Under the pieces are notes generated by a model, which saw nothing but the letters and a program-made list of their open reading frames with translations, was not told the origin of the DNA and did not search any database. Positions 9,401 through 19,033 of a stretch of 23,769 bases of DNA are shown one piece after another. This DNA is from Elusimicrobiota bacterium. GTDB lineage: Bacteria; Elusimicrobiota; Elusimicrobia; UBA1565. The translations under genes and the position numbers were made by a program. The DNA lies in contig JBDREN010000124.1 in NCBI GenBank assembly GCA_043819795.1, positions 1-23,769 of the forward strand. The letters run 5' to 3'. Numbering within the stretch: the first letter of the stretch is position 1; each line of letters begins with the position of its first letter.

Positions 9401-9565
9401 CGGCTGGCCGCTCTCCATGCCAGCGAGGGCGAGCGGTCCGAGGCCGCGCGGTACCGGAAGTCCCTCGCGCGGGCCGACCGGCTGAGGTCCCCGGACTATC
9501 CGGTCTTGTATCCTTGCGGGGAGTACTGCAAGCCCTGGGAGGAGGCCTGGATCGCGGCGAGATGA
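6413..9565 (+). CDS. Fused multi-TM / spermidine-synthase-like SAM-binding domain protein with C-terminal TPRs
   Basis: Two repeated TM blocks (FFSGCASLISEV.../GFVSLAYQV...; LYGVNTLG/LYALNTIG); SFGAG, VVDINP, DGRNFL, IIADATHP, LYTREFY, GVFAQW; TPR-like C-terminus. Confidence 0.85.
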   Translation: MSRALPRSPLLYLIFFFSGCASLISEVAFNRMLVLVVGNTVSSTGMIVMAFMGGLGLGSYLGGRAFGGKRTSLWAYAVLEACIGVYALGSPFLFKLMNGVFAALAPALGGSAVVSFVRFALVFGFLFVPAILMGATFPAIVAGAASGTAERRASRTGYLYGVNTLGAAAGCLGAGYLLLPALGIRVALMWACCLNLFAAGGAACLTRAPSEARPAPPAAPSARPSFGSAASPDPGGPFLGLVGVATFAVGFVSLAYQVLLTRLAILFFGNGLVVFSLVLTAFLLGTGTSALAWTWIQRFGRHLKHVFSATLALAGAAVVLPPPFMLALARSELSWVMAGQDILVAAAILLPTFLMGGLLPLAIRLFQTERRPDTAANAGRLYALNTIGGMLGGGLANWCLVPALGTQGTLSAFALVLVALGVIAGWRLQRPLMRRASTLAAALFFGFYFAKFPRGMERLYVDRLTAGVGGLVRLHREGRAATVTVLDFMKVRDLFLNGIEEASTRFFHVQGFKVLGLLPAMIHADESPKEALMISFGAGISAGATVLSGLVSSLEVVDINPDVEGVSDLFKEVNGDAYRRPELRFIAQDGRNFLLAGRKKYPLIIADATHPLAYDSWILYTREFYELVKERLSDDGVFAQWLPLDLPEEMCRILLGTFSAAFPSATFWNIYGSGQSFLLATPGPLELDLKRLQRLLDGVPPSLRLPEYELDDAASFAGFFLMDAEAIAEFVGDERRVNTDDLPYNQLLSARRIKEFHFGFDQYQSSVLPLLKNASDRDRRRIADLQVVARAMRRYFSYRDPAALAEAFAISPADGNVAYGCREESSTPIGPKDLDDLGKRAAEFGRQAKGSAGHEEKGLALARRYLELDFVDEAESALKEVLSSSPGSAGAHRAAGDVALRRREMDYEQRMEVLLDLAHKRPNYAYYTNQARVRYLEGDYDEAERLLAKSLELYPTSTSARLNLADLLMRAGRRDAAVSRLKEVLEINPYNRFALARLAALHASEGERSEAARYRKSLARADRLRSPDYPVLYPCGEYCKPWEEAWIAAR

Positions 9566-9615
9566 GCGGGGCGGCGCCTGCCGTCGGGATTATTTTGATA
9601 GACTAGCGCGACCAA

Positions 9616-10785
<1,170 letters not shown>

Positions 10786-12225
10786 GCTCCCGTACGGTCG
10801 GAGACCTGCGGAGCAGTTCTCCGGTCCTTCGCAGCAAGACCGGGAGCCCCAACAACATCGTCAAGGCCAGGCAAAGCGGCGCGATCAGCCAGCCCCACGC
10901 CGTGTAGGGCGTGCCGGCCCGGGCCAGGCGCACCTTCCCCAGGAGGACGCCGCTCTCTCCCGCGGGCAGCGAGCCCCGTACGCGGCCGAGCGGGTCGATG
11001 ATCTGCGAGACCCCGGAGGAGGCCGCCCGCGCGATCCAGAGCCCGGACTCCACGGCTCGCGCCGGCGACATGGCCGAATGCTGGGCGTGCTCCCAGGCCC
11101 CCCACTCCATGGGGTCGAGGTTGGTGACGACCAGGAGCTGGGCTCCCTGCCGGACCATCGCCCGCACGCCGTCCTCGAAGTCCAGGTCGTAGCAGATCTG
11201 CAGGCCCAGCCGCCCCAAGGGAGTGTCTACCGGGCGCGGATCGGGGTTCGCCGGGAGGTTGTGCTCCACGTACGGGACGGGATGGAGCTTGTCGTAGCTC
11301 CCCAGAGAAGCGCCTCCCGGAGCCAGCACCCAGGAATAGTTGCGCATCCGGTCCCCTTTGGCCTCGGGGAACGCCGCGGCTCCGATCACGGCCACCGAGC
11401 GGGAGTCACGCAGCTTGTCGGCGAGCATCTTCCGGTAGCGCTCTTCGCGCCCCGGGCGCACCGCGAACGCGTACTCGGGCCAGACCAGCAGGTCGGCCTC
11501 CCGCGCGCCCGGCCGCAGGCTGAGCGCAGCGAGCCCGCCCGCGTCGAAGCTCTCATCCTGCACCAAGGCCACTGAAAGCTCCGGGCCGCGCTCCACAGGA
11601 AGCTCCCTGATGCGCTGCCGGCCCAGGATGAACGTCACGCTCAGAACGCCGATCATGACGTAGGCGGGAGTCCTCTTGCCCTTCAAAAGCAGCATCGCGG
11701 CCGCGTTGGCCGCCGCGATCAAGCCGGAGAGCCCGTAGAGCCCCCATACGCTGATTGACTGCAGGACGGGAAGGTTCGCGATCTGGCTGTAGCCGAGCGC
11801 CAGCCATGAGCATTCGAGCCACCAGAGCTCGGAGCGGAAGTACTCGATCCCCGTCCAGACGACCCCGGCCAGCAAGACCCAGAGCGCTCCGGCGCCCGCG
11901 GCGGACTCGAGCCGCTTGAGCAGCGCCGCGTACAGGGCGAGCGAAAGCGCGAACAGGCACCAGAAGGCCGGAGCCGCCGCGCCGAAGATCTTCACGAGCC
12001 AGACCAGAGAGAAGGCGTAGAAGACCAGGCCGGCCACGGCTCCCAGGTTCGCGGCGGCCTTGGCATCCTCGGCGGAGGAGACGGCCCACAGCAGGGGCAC
12101 GAGCGCGAACCACGCCAGCGGCCCGAGGCCGACCGGCTCGAACGAGGCCGCGAGCATCAAGCCCGAGACCACCGCCAGGCACCAAGGGACGAACCTCCGG
12201 GCGCGCAAGTTCGATGTCATAACGT

Positions 12226-13062
12226 TCACCCTCCCGTGAAGAAGCGTTTCTCATCCTGGAGACCTGCCCCGGCCGCGATGCAGGCGGCGCGCAGGCGTTC
12301 GAGACGCTCGCGGCGTCCCGGATGCGTGCGGAAATAGTCGCCCAAGGCCTCGGCCAGAAGCTCGGGCGGCAGCCGGCGCCATCCGCCCTCGCTTCTTCCG
12401 TCTGGATGGATCCGTTCGAGCGCCTCCACCGAGGCCGCGAGCCGGAAGTCCGCCGCGCGCAGCATGCCCAGCGCGAAGGCGTCGGCTTCGAGCTCCTGAC
12501 CGGGGCTGTAGGCGAGCGCGGCCAGCTCGCGCAGTCCCTGCGCGAGGCCGCCTCCCGGCACGCCCCATCTCTTGAGCCAAGCCTTATACCGGACCCGATC
12601 GGCCGTGTGCCCGAGCTCCGCGTGTCCGATCTCGTGCGCGAGCACGAAGGCGATCCGGTCCCGGTCGCCTTCGAGCTCCACCAAGAGCCCCCGCGTCACG
12701 AAGATGAACCCGCCCGGGGCCGCGAAGGCGCAGCTGGCGCCCGGCGCCACCCGGTACACGTAGCGTCCGGCGAAGCGCTTGGCCAGGCCGGTCCGCTCGA
12801 GGCGCCGGCCGAGGCGCTCGATCTCGGGGTCCGGCCCGGCCATCGCCTCGAAGCGGTCCGCGATCCGCCGGCCCAGGCGCCGCTCCTGGTCAGGGCCGAG
12901 GCGCAGGCCCTTGGCCGCCAGCCTCTCCACCTGCCTGCCGTGCTCCTGGCCGGTCCGGAGCAACGGGAGCAGGCTCTCCCGGCTAGGCGCCGCGCGCTTG
13001 GCAGCGAGGACGACGGCGCACAGCAGCAAAGACATGAGGACCAGCCCGGAGCTACGCGGCAT
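12226..13062 (-). CDS. M48 family zinc metallopeptidase, exported or membrane-anchored
   Basis: AFAAPGGFIFVTRGLL, HExxH in LAHEIGH, YSPGQELEAD, RTHPGRRERL; N-terminal hydrophobic segment; overlaps upstream gene by 11 nt. Confidence 0.88.
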   Translation of the reverse strand: MPRSSGLVLMSLLLCAVVLAAKRAAPSRESLLPLLRTGQEHGRQVERLAAKGLRLGPDQERRLGRRIADRFEAMAGPDPEIERLGRRLERTGLAKRFAGRYVYRVAPGASCAFAAPGGFIFVTRGLLVELEGDRDRIAFVLAHEIGHAELGHTADRVRYKAWLKRWGVPGGGLAQGLRELAALAYSPGQELEADAFALGMLRAADFRLAASVEALERIHPDGRSEGGWRRLPPELLAEALGDYFRTHPGRRERLERLRAACIAAGAGLQDEKRFFTGG

Positions 13063-15814
13063 CGGCGTCCTCCCACTGCGTGATCCGAACGTAGATGTAG
13101 GACGAGACCACGAGCAGCCCGCCGAGGACCGTGTAGCTGAGCACCCGATACGGCAGGGCCAGTCCCGTGAGGTCCATGAAAAGCGCCTTCATCACGCACA
13201 GGCCCAGCAGCGCCAACCCCGGGAGACGCAGCGCCTGCCGGCGCAGCAGCAGGCCGCTTATGAGGTACGACACGCCGACCAGAGTCCAGCGCAGCGTGAT
13301 GTGCGTGCCGACCGACTCCTTGGCGATGAAGAGCGTGAGGAGCGTGGCGCTCAGGATCGAGAACAGGTGGGCGGCGGCCGACTCCTCGGTCCGCTCAGCG
13401 TCGGTCTCGCCCCAGGCCGGCCAAAGCAGAGGCCAGAGCAGCAGAAGCGAGCTTCCCGCGAAGATGGCGGTCTCGCGCGGTCCGATGGGTCTCAGCAGGG
13501 AGGCCGGATAGACGAGATAGGAGAGGATCCCCTCCGCGGCCGTTCCCAACGTCAATAGATAACCGTGGGCGCGCAGGTCTTCGCCGAATCGGCCGCGCCG
13601 GCGGCCCAAGGCCAGCAGCAGGAGCGCGGAGATCCCCCAGATGGGCAGGCGCATGCGCGGACCGAACTCGTGGTACACGCCGAAGGACGCCACGGCCAGC
13701 ATCAGCGCCACGAGCGCCCGCCGCCACTCGCGGTACGCGAAACCGAGGAAGGACCCTTCCGGGGTTTTCATCCCGAAGATCAGGAAAGCGTAGGAGGCGG
13801 TCAGCGACCCGGCAACGAGGCCGCGCGACGTCACGGCCCCGGCCACCGGGAGGTTCAGGCCGTAGTCTATTACGAAGCTGTAGCATCCGACGAAAAGCTC
13901 GACCAGCAGGGCCTGCTGGAAGAGGACGGGACTCCTCAGCGACGCTGCCGCGTATTCGATCCCTACCGCGAGCATGATCGCCGCCACCGCGAAGGCCGGG
14001 GGCTCGAGCCAGGTCCACAGGGCCAGAAGCAGGAAGAAGAGCCCGCTGTAGAGCCAACACCCGCTCACCCATGTGGACGTCCTTCCCGCGCGTCGGCCGG
14101 CGGCCGCGAGGGCGTATCCGGCGAAGCCGAGGTACGCGAGCGCGGCGCCCACCGGCAGCTTCACTCCCTCGATGGCGGGCAGATGGGCCAGGTATAGGAG
14201 GGCCGCGGCGGCGGCCATGGCCAGTCCGTACTTTTCAAAGGACTCTCGCCGCAGCCATAGGCCGGCGCTGCCGAAGACGCTCGCGGCCAGAGCGAAGCCC
14301 CAGAACTGCTCGTAGAGCGTTCCCAGCCGCAGCAGGGCCAGCGCCGTGATGGTCGCGGCCAGCAGCCCCTGCACGGAGGAAAGCGCCGTCCGCTCTTGGC
14401 TCTCGCCGCGCAGGGAGGAGAGCACCCCTAGGACCGCGGACAGCCCGAGCAGGGCCGCCGCGGGGTGCGCGGGCTCGTAGACGCTGAGCTGCGCGTAGGC
14501 GAACGCCGCGTAGAGGATCGCGGAGAAGGACAGCCCCGCGTCGAGCTCCTTGCGGGGCGCGCCGGAAGCGTCCTTCACCGGCGTCCTCCAGACGTAGACG
14601 GCGTGCACGAGCGTGACCACGGCCAGCCCATACCAGAACTCGGCGGCCGGCGTCGGGCCGGCCACGTGAGTCATCAGCACGCCGCGGAACACCGGGAGAT
14701 AGTTGAGGTAGAAGCCCGCCAGGTTCACGGCCGCCAGCTCCGGGTGCCCGAGCGGCCTCACCAGGTAGGCGCCGGCAATGGCCAGGATGCCGCATACCGT
14801 GAGCGTCTGCGTCCCGAAGTCGGTGACGGCGAAGACGAAGTAGGCGGCCCCGAAGGCGAACGCGGTCAGCAGCCGGGAGCGGACGCGCAGGCTGTGCGCG
14901 ATCATGCCTCCGGCCGTGGCGCAGAGCAGGAAGAACTCGAGCGGCCGGAAGGAGATGATCCTGGTGGCGTCGATATAGTGCGCCGCGTAGACCGCGTAGT
15001 AGACGAGGATCCAGCCCCCGCCGATCACCGGGACGCTGAAGAGCTCGAAGCGGCGGTCGCGCCTGAGGTATTCCCCGAGGCCGATCAGGGAGAACCCGGA
15101 CAGGATCGAGACAGCCACCTTGCCGTGCGCCCCCATCATGTCGGCGGTGTACTTGAGGAAGAAGGCCCCGCCAAGGACGAGGAGGACCATGCCGATGTAG
15201 TTGAGCAGCTTCTCGCCTACGAGACGCTCGGTGCCCTTCTCGCGCAGCGAGTCCAGGCAGGACCCGGACCAGGCCGTCAGGGTATCGAGTAAAGACCGCG
15301 TGGCGGTCCCGATCGGCTCCGCCGGGCTCGGCGCGGGACGCGTTCCCCGCGGCGCGCTGCGCGCATGGCGCGGCGTCTGGCGCTCTTCGTATCCGCACCG
15401 TCCGCACAAGCCGGCCGGGCTCGGCTTCTCCGAGTGGCAGACCGGACAAAAATACCTCTTGCGCCCCATCGGGCGCGGCTCCGGCGCTGGAACGGGTTCG
15501 GGACATTGGCTGCCGGCGTCCTGTACCACCGCCTCACATCGCGGGAGGGGGGCGGCGGAACTGGTCGTTTGCGGAGGCGTCTGCGGCGCCGGAAGGGGTC
15601 CCGGCGCCGGCGCCGAAGGCTCGGCGTCTGGCGCGGTCTTCACGGACGGCGTGTCCGCGGAGGGCGGATCTTCGGGAGCGCGCGGTTCGGGCGGAAACCC
15701 GGTCCTCTCTCCATCGAGCACTTGTCGCAGCTTGCGGTTATCGATCTTGAGGCGTTCGGACTCGGACCGCAGCGATTCGATCTGCCGGCGCAACTCCCGC
15801 TCTGATTCGCTCAT
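13052..15814 (-). CDS. Large polytopic membrane protein (DUF2339-like) with N-terminal coiled coil, Pro-rich linker and zinc ribbon
   Basis: ATG 15814 with GGGGAG; CPVC...CGRC; ERLVGEKLLNYIG...GGAFFLKY start of TM region; KALFMDL...YRVLSY..LG.LL C-terminal motif typical of DUF2339. Confidence 0.78.
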   Translation of the reverse strand: MSESERELRRQIESLRSESERLKIDNRKLRQVLDGERTGFPPEPRAPEDPPSADTPSVKTAPDAEPSAPAPGPLPAPQTPPQTTSSAAPLPRCEAVVQDAGSQCPEPVPAPEPRPMGRKRYFCPVCHSEKPSPAGLCGRCGYEERQTPRHARSAPRGTRPAPSPAEPIGTATRSLLDTLTAWSGSCLDSLREKGTERLVGEKLLNYIGMVLLVLGGAFFLKYTADMMGAHGKVAVSILSGFSLIGLGEYLRRDRRFELFSVPVIGGGWILVYYAVYAAHYIDATRIISFRPLEFFLLCATAGGMIAHSLRVRSRLLTAFAFGAAYFVFAVTDFGTQTLTVCGILAIAGAYLVRPLGHPELAAVNLAGFYLNYLPVFRGVLMTHVAGPTPAAEFWYGLAVVTLVHAVYVWRTPVKDASGAPRKELDAGLSFSAILYAAFAYAQLSVYEPAHPAAALLGLSAVLGVLSSLRGESQERTALSSVQGLLAATITALALLRLGTLYEQFWGFALAASVFGSAGLWLRRESFEKYGLAMAAAAALLYLAHLPAIEGVKLPVGAALAYLGFAGYALAAAGRRAGRTSTWVSGCWLYSGLFFLLLALWTWLEPPAFAVAAIMLAVGIEYAAASLRSPVLFQQALLVELFVGCYSFVIDYGLNLPVAGAVTSRGLVAGSLTASYAFLIFGMKTPEGSFLGFAYREWRRALVALMLAVASFGVYHEFGPRMRLPIWGISALLLLALGRRRGRFGEDLRAHGYLLTLGTAAEGILSYLVYPASLLRPIGPRETAIFAGSSLLLLWPLLWPAWGETDAERTEESAAAHLFSILSATLLTLFIAKESVGTHITLRWTLVGVSYLISGLLLRRQALRLPGLALLGLCVMKALFMDLTGLALPYRVLSYTVLGGLLVVSSYIYVRITQWEDADAA

Positions 15815-15847
15815 GATCCGCTTCTCCCCGGGCAAAGACTTCCAGCA

Positions 15848-15881
15848 GCCCTCGCAAGGGGTGGATCAATTTTTATGCCAA
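15848..15881 (-). promoter_or_regulatory. Non-canonical sigma54-type (-24/-12) promoter, copy 2
   Basis: Minus strand TTGGCATAAAAATTGATCC-acccctt-GCGAGGGC; GG-N10-GA; upstream of the DUF2339-like operon. Confidence 0.75.
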
Positions 15882-15921
15882 TACGGGAAAGGGAAGTCGC
15901 CGGGAGGGGGAGGCGGGGGGA

Positions 15922-17910
15922 TTAAGCGAGAGGAAGCTCGACCAGGAAGCGGGCGCCCTGCGGCAGGTTCTCGGCGGTCGCGCGCCCGCCGTAGAGCTCG
16001 GCGATGCGGCGGACGCTGGCCAAGCCGAGGCCGGTCCCGCCCGGGCTGGAGGTGGCGAAGGGAACGAACAGGCGGGGAAGGACGTCGGCGGGGATCCCGG
16101 AGCCGTTGTCGACGACCTCGAGGACGGCTTGGGAGCCCCGGGTGGAAAGGGAGACCCGGACTTCGGGAGAGGCCTGCGACGCGACGGAGCGGACGGCGTT
16201 CTTCACCAGGTTGATGAGGATCTGCGTCAGGTGAGATCCCGAGACGGCCAGCTCGGTCTTCTCTCCCCGCGTCTCCAGGCTCACGTTGCCCGGCATATCC
16301 TTCTCGATGAGCTTCACGACGCGCTCCCAGACCGCCGTCCACTCGCAGCGGGCTTTGGCGGAGCTCGGCGACGCGTAGTCCAGGAGCTCGGCGAGAATCG
16401 AGTCCAGCCGCTGGACCTCCTCTTTAAGGATATCCTGATATTCCTGGCGCCGTTCTTCCGGACCGGGCTGGTCGAGGAGTTCCACCGCTCCGCGCATGGC
16501 GCTCAAGGGGTTTCGGATCTCGTGGGCTATGCCGGCGGCGAGCGTGCCCATCTGCCTGAGGCGGTCGGCGTGAAGGAGGCTTTGGGCGATCTCCGCGCCG
16601 CGCACCGCGCGCCCGAGCGCCTGGCCGAGGCGCCTGAGCCAGCGCAGGGCCGAAAGGTCGTAGAAGCCCCGGCTCGGCGCGCCGAGCAGGAGCGCGCCGA
16701 CAAGCTCCCCTTCGCGCAGGACCGGCGCGACCGCCCGCATATGCGCGCCCGCGAGCGCGTCGAGCAGGCGGCGCGATCGCCCGCCCCGCTCGCCCTTGCT
16801 CGCGGGGCCCAGGTGTTGAAGGCTTCCGCTCAGCCCGCGTTCGAGACCGGGCACTGTGTGGACCTGTGGGTCGGTCGCCAGCGGCTCGAGCAGAGCCGCG
16901 GGGATCCGCCTGTCGGGCTGGATGCCGCGGAGCGTGGAGGCGTTCCATAGCAGCTCGGACTGCGCGCCCCAGACGGAGCGCACCGCGGCCCGCGCGGCCT
17001 CCTCGATCGGGACCAGATCGGCGGCGCCTTCGAGCGAGCGCTCCAGCTGCTCGATCGCGCGCTCGTGCCGCGCCTGGTGCGCGAAGGATATGCGGTTGAA
17101 TACCCGGTTGAGCCGCTCCCATAAGGGCGGCAGCAGGGCCACGAGGAACAGGCTCAGGATGAAGAAGTTCAAAAACAGCCTTCCCTCGAGCTCGCGGGTG
17201 AGCCAGGCCAGCGAGCTCAGGAGCAAGGCCAATAGGCCGGCGATCGCGATCAGGGCGAGCGCCTGGCCGGCGGCCGCGCGCAGGTCCAGGAGGTGATGGC
17301 GTTCGATGGCGGTCAGGACGATCAGGGAATAGGCCATCAGCGAGACGTTCGCCAAGGATAGGAAAGGGATGCCCACCGCGGGCAGGAAGTCCGTGAAGCC
17401 CCCCACGACCGCGATCCACGCGGCCGCCACGAGGTAGCCGCGGCGGTTGCGCTCGGCCGCGTCGTCGGCGCGGCGCCAGTGCATGGTGAGGAGCGCCAGG
17501 GCCACGGCGAAGACGGGCAGTCCGCCGAGGATGAAGGCCGCGCGGTACTGCTGCAGCGAGATCCGTCCGGCCCACATCAAGGCGAGCGCGGCCAGGCCGG
17601 CGGCGTAGAGCGGAGCGGTCCGCATCCAGCGCTGCGCGGCCGGCATGCCCGTGAAGCTCCAGACGAAGGCGAGCGAGGCCCCCGGCAGCCAGGCCAGAGG
17701 CGAGAACATCATCTTCATCCAGAAGGGGTCGGCGAAATCGGGCCAGGCCCACACGTAGCCGAGACTCCAGAGCGAGAAGGACAGGCTCATGAGCGCGAGG
17801 CTGCGGTACACGGCCTGCTCGCGGGAGCGGACGCAGGCCAGGGCGCCGATCACCCCGTTGAGGGCCGCGGAGCCCAGCGCCACCACGATAGACCAGCTCA
17901 GCGCCGTCAC
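15922..17910 (-). CDS. Membrane sensor histidine kinase (multi-TM N-terminus, GAF-like region, HisKA, HATPase)
   Basis: H-box AHEIRNPL, N-box QILINLVKNA, G1 DNGSGI, F-box LFVPF, G2 GTGLGL; GTG start overlaps the sigma gene stop (GTGA) with GGAGG upstream. Confidence 0.92.
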   Translation of the reverse strand: MTALSWSIVVALGSAALNGVIGALACVRSREQAVYRSLALMSLSFSLWSLGYVWAWPDFADPFWMKMMFSPLAWLPGASLAFVWSFTGMPAAQRWMRTAPLYAAGLAALALMWAGRISLQQYRAAFILGGLPVFAVALALLTMHWRRADDAAERNRRGYLVAAAWIAVVGGFTDFLPAVGIPFLSLANVSLMAYSLIVLTAIERHHLLDLRAAAGQALALIAIAGLLALLLSSLAWLTRELEGRLFLNFFILSLFLVALLPPLWERLNRVFNRISFAHQARHERAIEQLERSLEGAADLVPIEEAARAAVRSVWGAQSELLWNASTLRGIQPDRRIPAALLEPLATDPQVHTVPGLERGLSGSLQHLGPASKGERGGRSRRLLDALAGAHMRAVAPVLREGELVGALLLGAPSRGFYDLSALRWLRRLGQALGRAVRGAEIAQSLLHADRLRQMGTLAAGIAHEIRNPLSAMRGAVELLDQPGPEERRQEYQDILKEEVQRLDSILAELLDYASPSSAKARCEWTAVWERVVKLIEKDMPGNVSLETRGEKTELAVSGSHLTQILINLVKNAVRSVASQASPEVRVSLSTRGSQAVLEVVDNGSGIPADVLPRLFVPFATSSPGGTGLGLASVRRIAELYGGRATAENLPQGARFLVELPLA

Positions 17911-18938
17911 CGCCTGCCCCTCCCTCCGAGGCCCAGGTCCTTGCGGTACTGGGCCACCGACCGCCGCGAGAGATGGATCTGCCAACGGTCCGCGAGCTCG
18001 CGCCGCAGGCGTTCGTCCGACAGCTGCGGGCGGGTCTCGGCCAGGGCCGCCAGCCTGTCCAGCGCCAGCCTCTTGGCGCTGGGGAGCAGGGCCTTGATCG
18101 GCGCCTCCAGGCCCCAGGGCAGCTCGACGGCCTTGTTGCCGATAAGGCGGTTGATCACGCTCGGCCCGACCCCGACGGCGGCGGCCAGAGACCGCTGGGT
18201 GACGGGCTGAAGGCGCGAGGCGTCGCCAGTCTTGAGGTATTCCGCCTGGGCCCGCAGCAGGGCTTCCAGCGTCTTGTAGAGCGTGGTCTTGCGCCGGTCG
18301 AGCAGCTCAAGGCGCTTTACGGCGCGCCGGACGCGCTCGCGGTCCGCGGGCTGCAGGCTCGCTAGGTGCGCCGCCAGGCGGGTCTCGTCGAGGCTGTAGC
18401 GCCCCTTCCAGACCTCCCGCGTGAAGAAGCGCAGCTCCGGGCGTCCTTCCTGCACCGCGATCCCGGCCACCGTGCTGTAGAGCCTGGCCGGGGCCGGGGG
18501 AGGAGGGTCCTCGAACTCGGCGCGGACGTACATCCGGTCGAGGAACGCGCTCAGCGTCCGGGCCTGCTCCTCGGAGATGCCGCATGAGCGGGCGCGGTGC
18601 GCGTCGGAGGATCGCTCGCCCTTAAGGAAGCACTCCTCGAAGCGCTCGCGCCCGATGCGCCGCATCAGGCGCGCGAGCTCGGAGTCCCCGTCGAGGAGCT
18701 CAGCCGCCCCTTCCGGGGGGGCGCTCAGGCGCATCCCCGCGAAGCGGCGGGTGGCGAAGAACGCTTTAGGGAAGGGCTTAAGCGAGACGGCGCCGGCGGC
18801 CACAAGCCGCTTGAAGAGCGGCTCGGCCTCCAGCTTCGCGCTCATGCGGGCGAAGTCCTCCTCGCGCATCTCCCGGAGGCGCGCCAGCTTGAGCCCGCCG
18901 TGCAGGGCCATCTTGGGCCCGATCGAGAGTCGGGGCAT
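17907..18938 (-). CDS. Short, divergent sigma54 (RpoN)-like sigma factor (343 aa)
   Basis: RpoN-box variant LSRRSVAQYRKDLGL preceded by LSDERL; ELH-HTH region RRKTTLYKTLEALLRAQAEYLKTG...LQPVTQRSLAAAVGVGPSVINRLIGNK..LPWG; Region-I-like LKLARLREM...LEAEPLF; no acidic Region II. Confidence 0.88.
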   Translation of the reverse strand: MPRLSIGPKMALHGGLKLARLREMREEDFARMSAKLEAEPLFKRLVAAGAVSLKPFPKAFFATRRFAGMRLSAPPEGAAELLDGDSELARLMRRIGRERFEECFLKGERSSDAHRARSCGISEEQARTLSAFLDRMYVRAEFEDPPPPAPARLYSTVAGIAVQEGRPELRFFTREVWKGRYSLDETRLAAHLASLQPADRERVRRAVKRLELLDRRKTTLYKTLEALLRAQAEYLKTGDASRLQPVTQRSLAAAVGVGPSVINRLIGNKAVELPWGLEAPIKALLPSAKRLALDRLAALAETRPQLSDERLRRELADRWQIHLSRRSVAQYRKDLGLGGRGRR

Positions 18939-18971
18939 GGGCCTTCTTGGCGGATTCTAGCTTATATGAGG

Positions 18972-19005
18972 TTGGCACAAAAATTGATCCTCTTGGGGCG
19001 AAGGC
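18972..19005 (+). promoter_or_regulatory. Non-canonical sigma54-type (-24/-12) promoter, copy 1
   Basis: TTGGCACAAAAATTGATCC-tcttggg-GCGAAGGC; GG at 18974-18975, GA at 18986-18987; upstream of the radical SAM gene. Confidence 0.75.
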
Positions 19006-19033
19006 GTGGATTCCGGACCCTGGGAGGGAGACC

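Noticed and set aside
6296..9418. 1040-aa minus-strand ORF and other long overlapping ORFs (e.g. 9496-10782, 6469-8316, 18962-20146)
   Set aside because: Antisense or off-frame shadows of well-supported genes in GC-rich DNA, with no recognisable motifs.
9585..9600. Third copy of the variant sigma54 motif upstream of the activator (CGGGATTATTTTGAT)
   Set aside because: Spacing is GG-N9-GA and TGGCA is absent; better read as an extended -10 (TGaTAGACT).
15922..17910. PrsK/PrsR PEP-CTERM system assignment
   Set aside because: The kinase architecture is broadly similar, but there is no exosortase or PEP-CTERM protein in the window and PrsR has an HTH.
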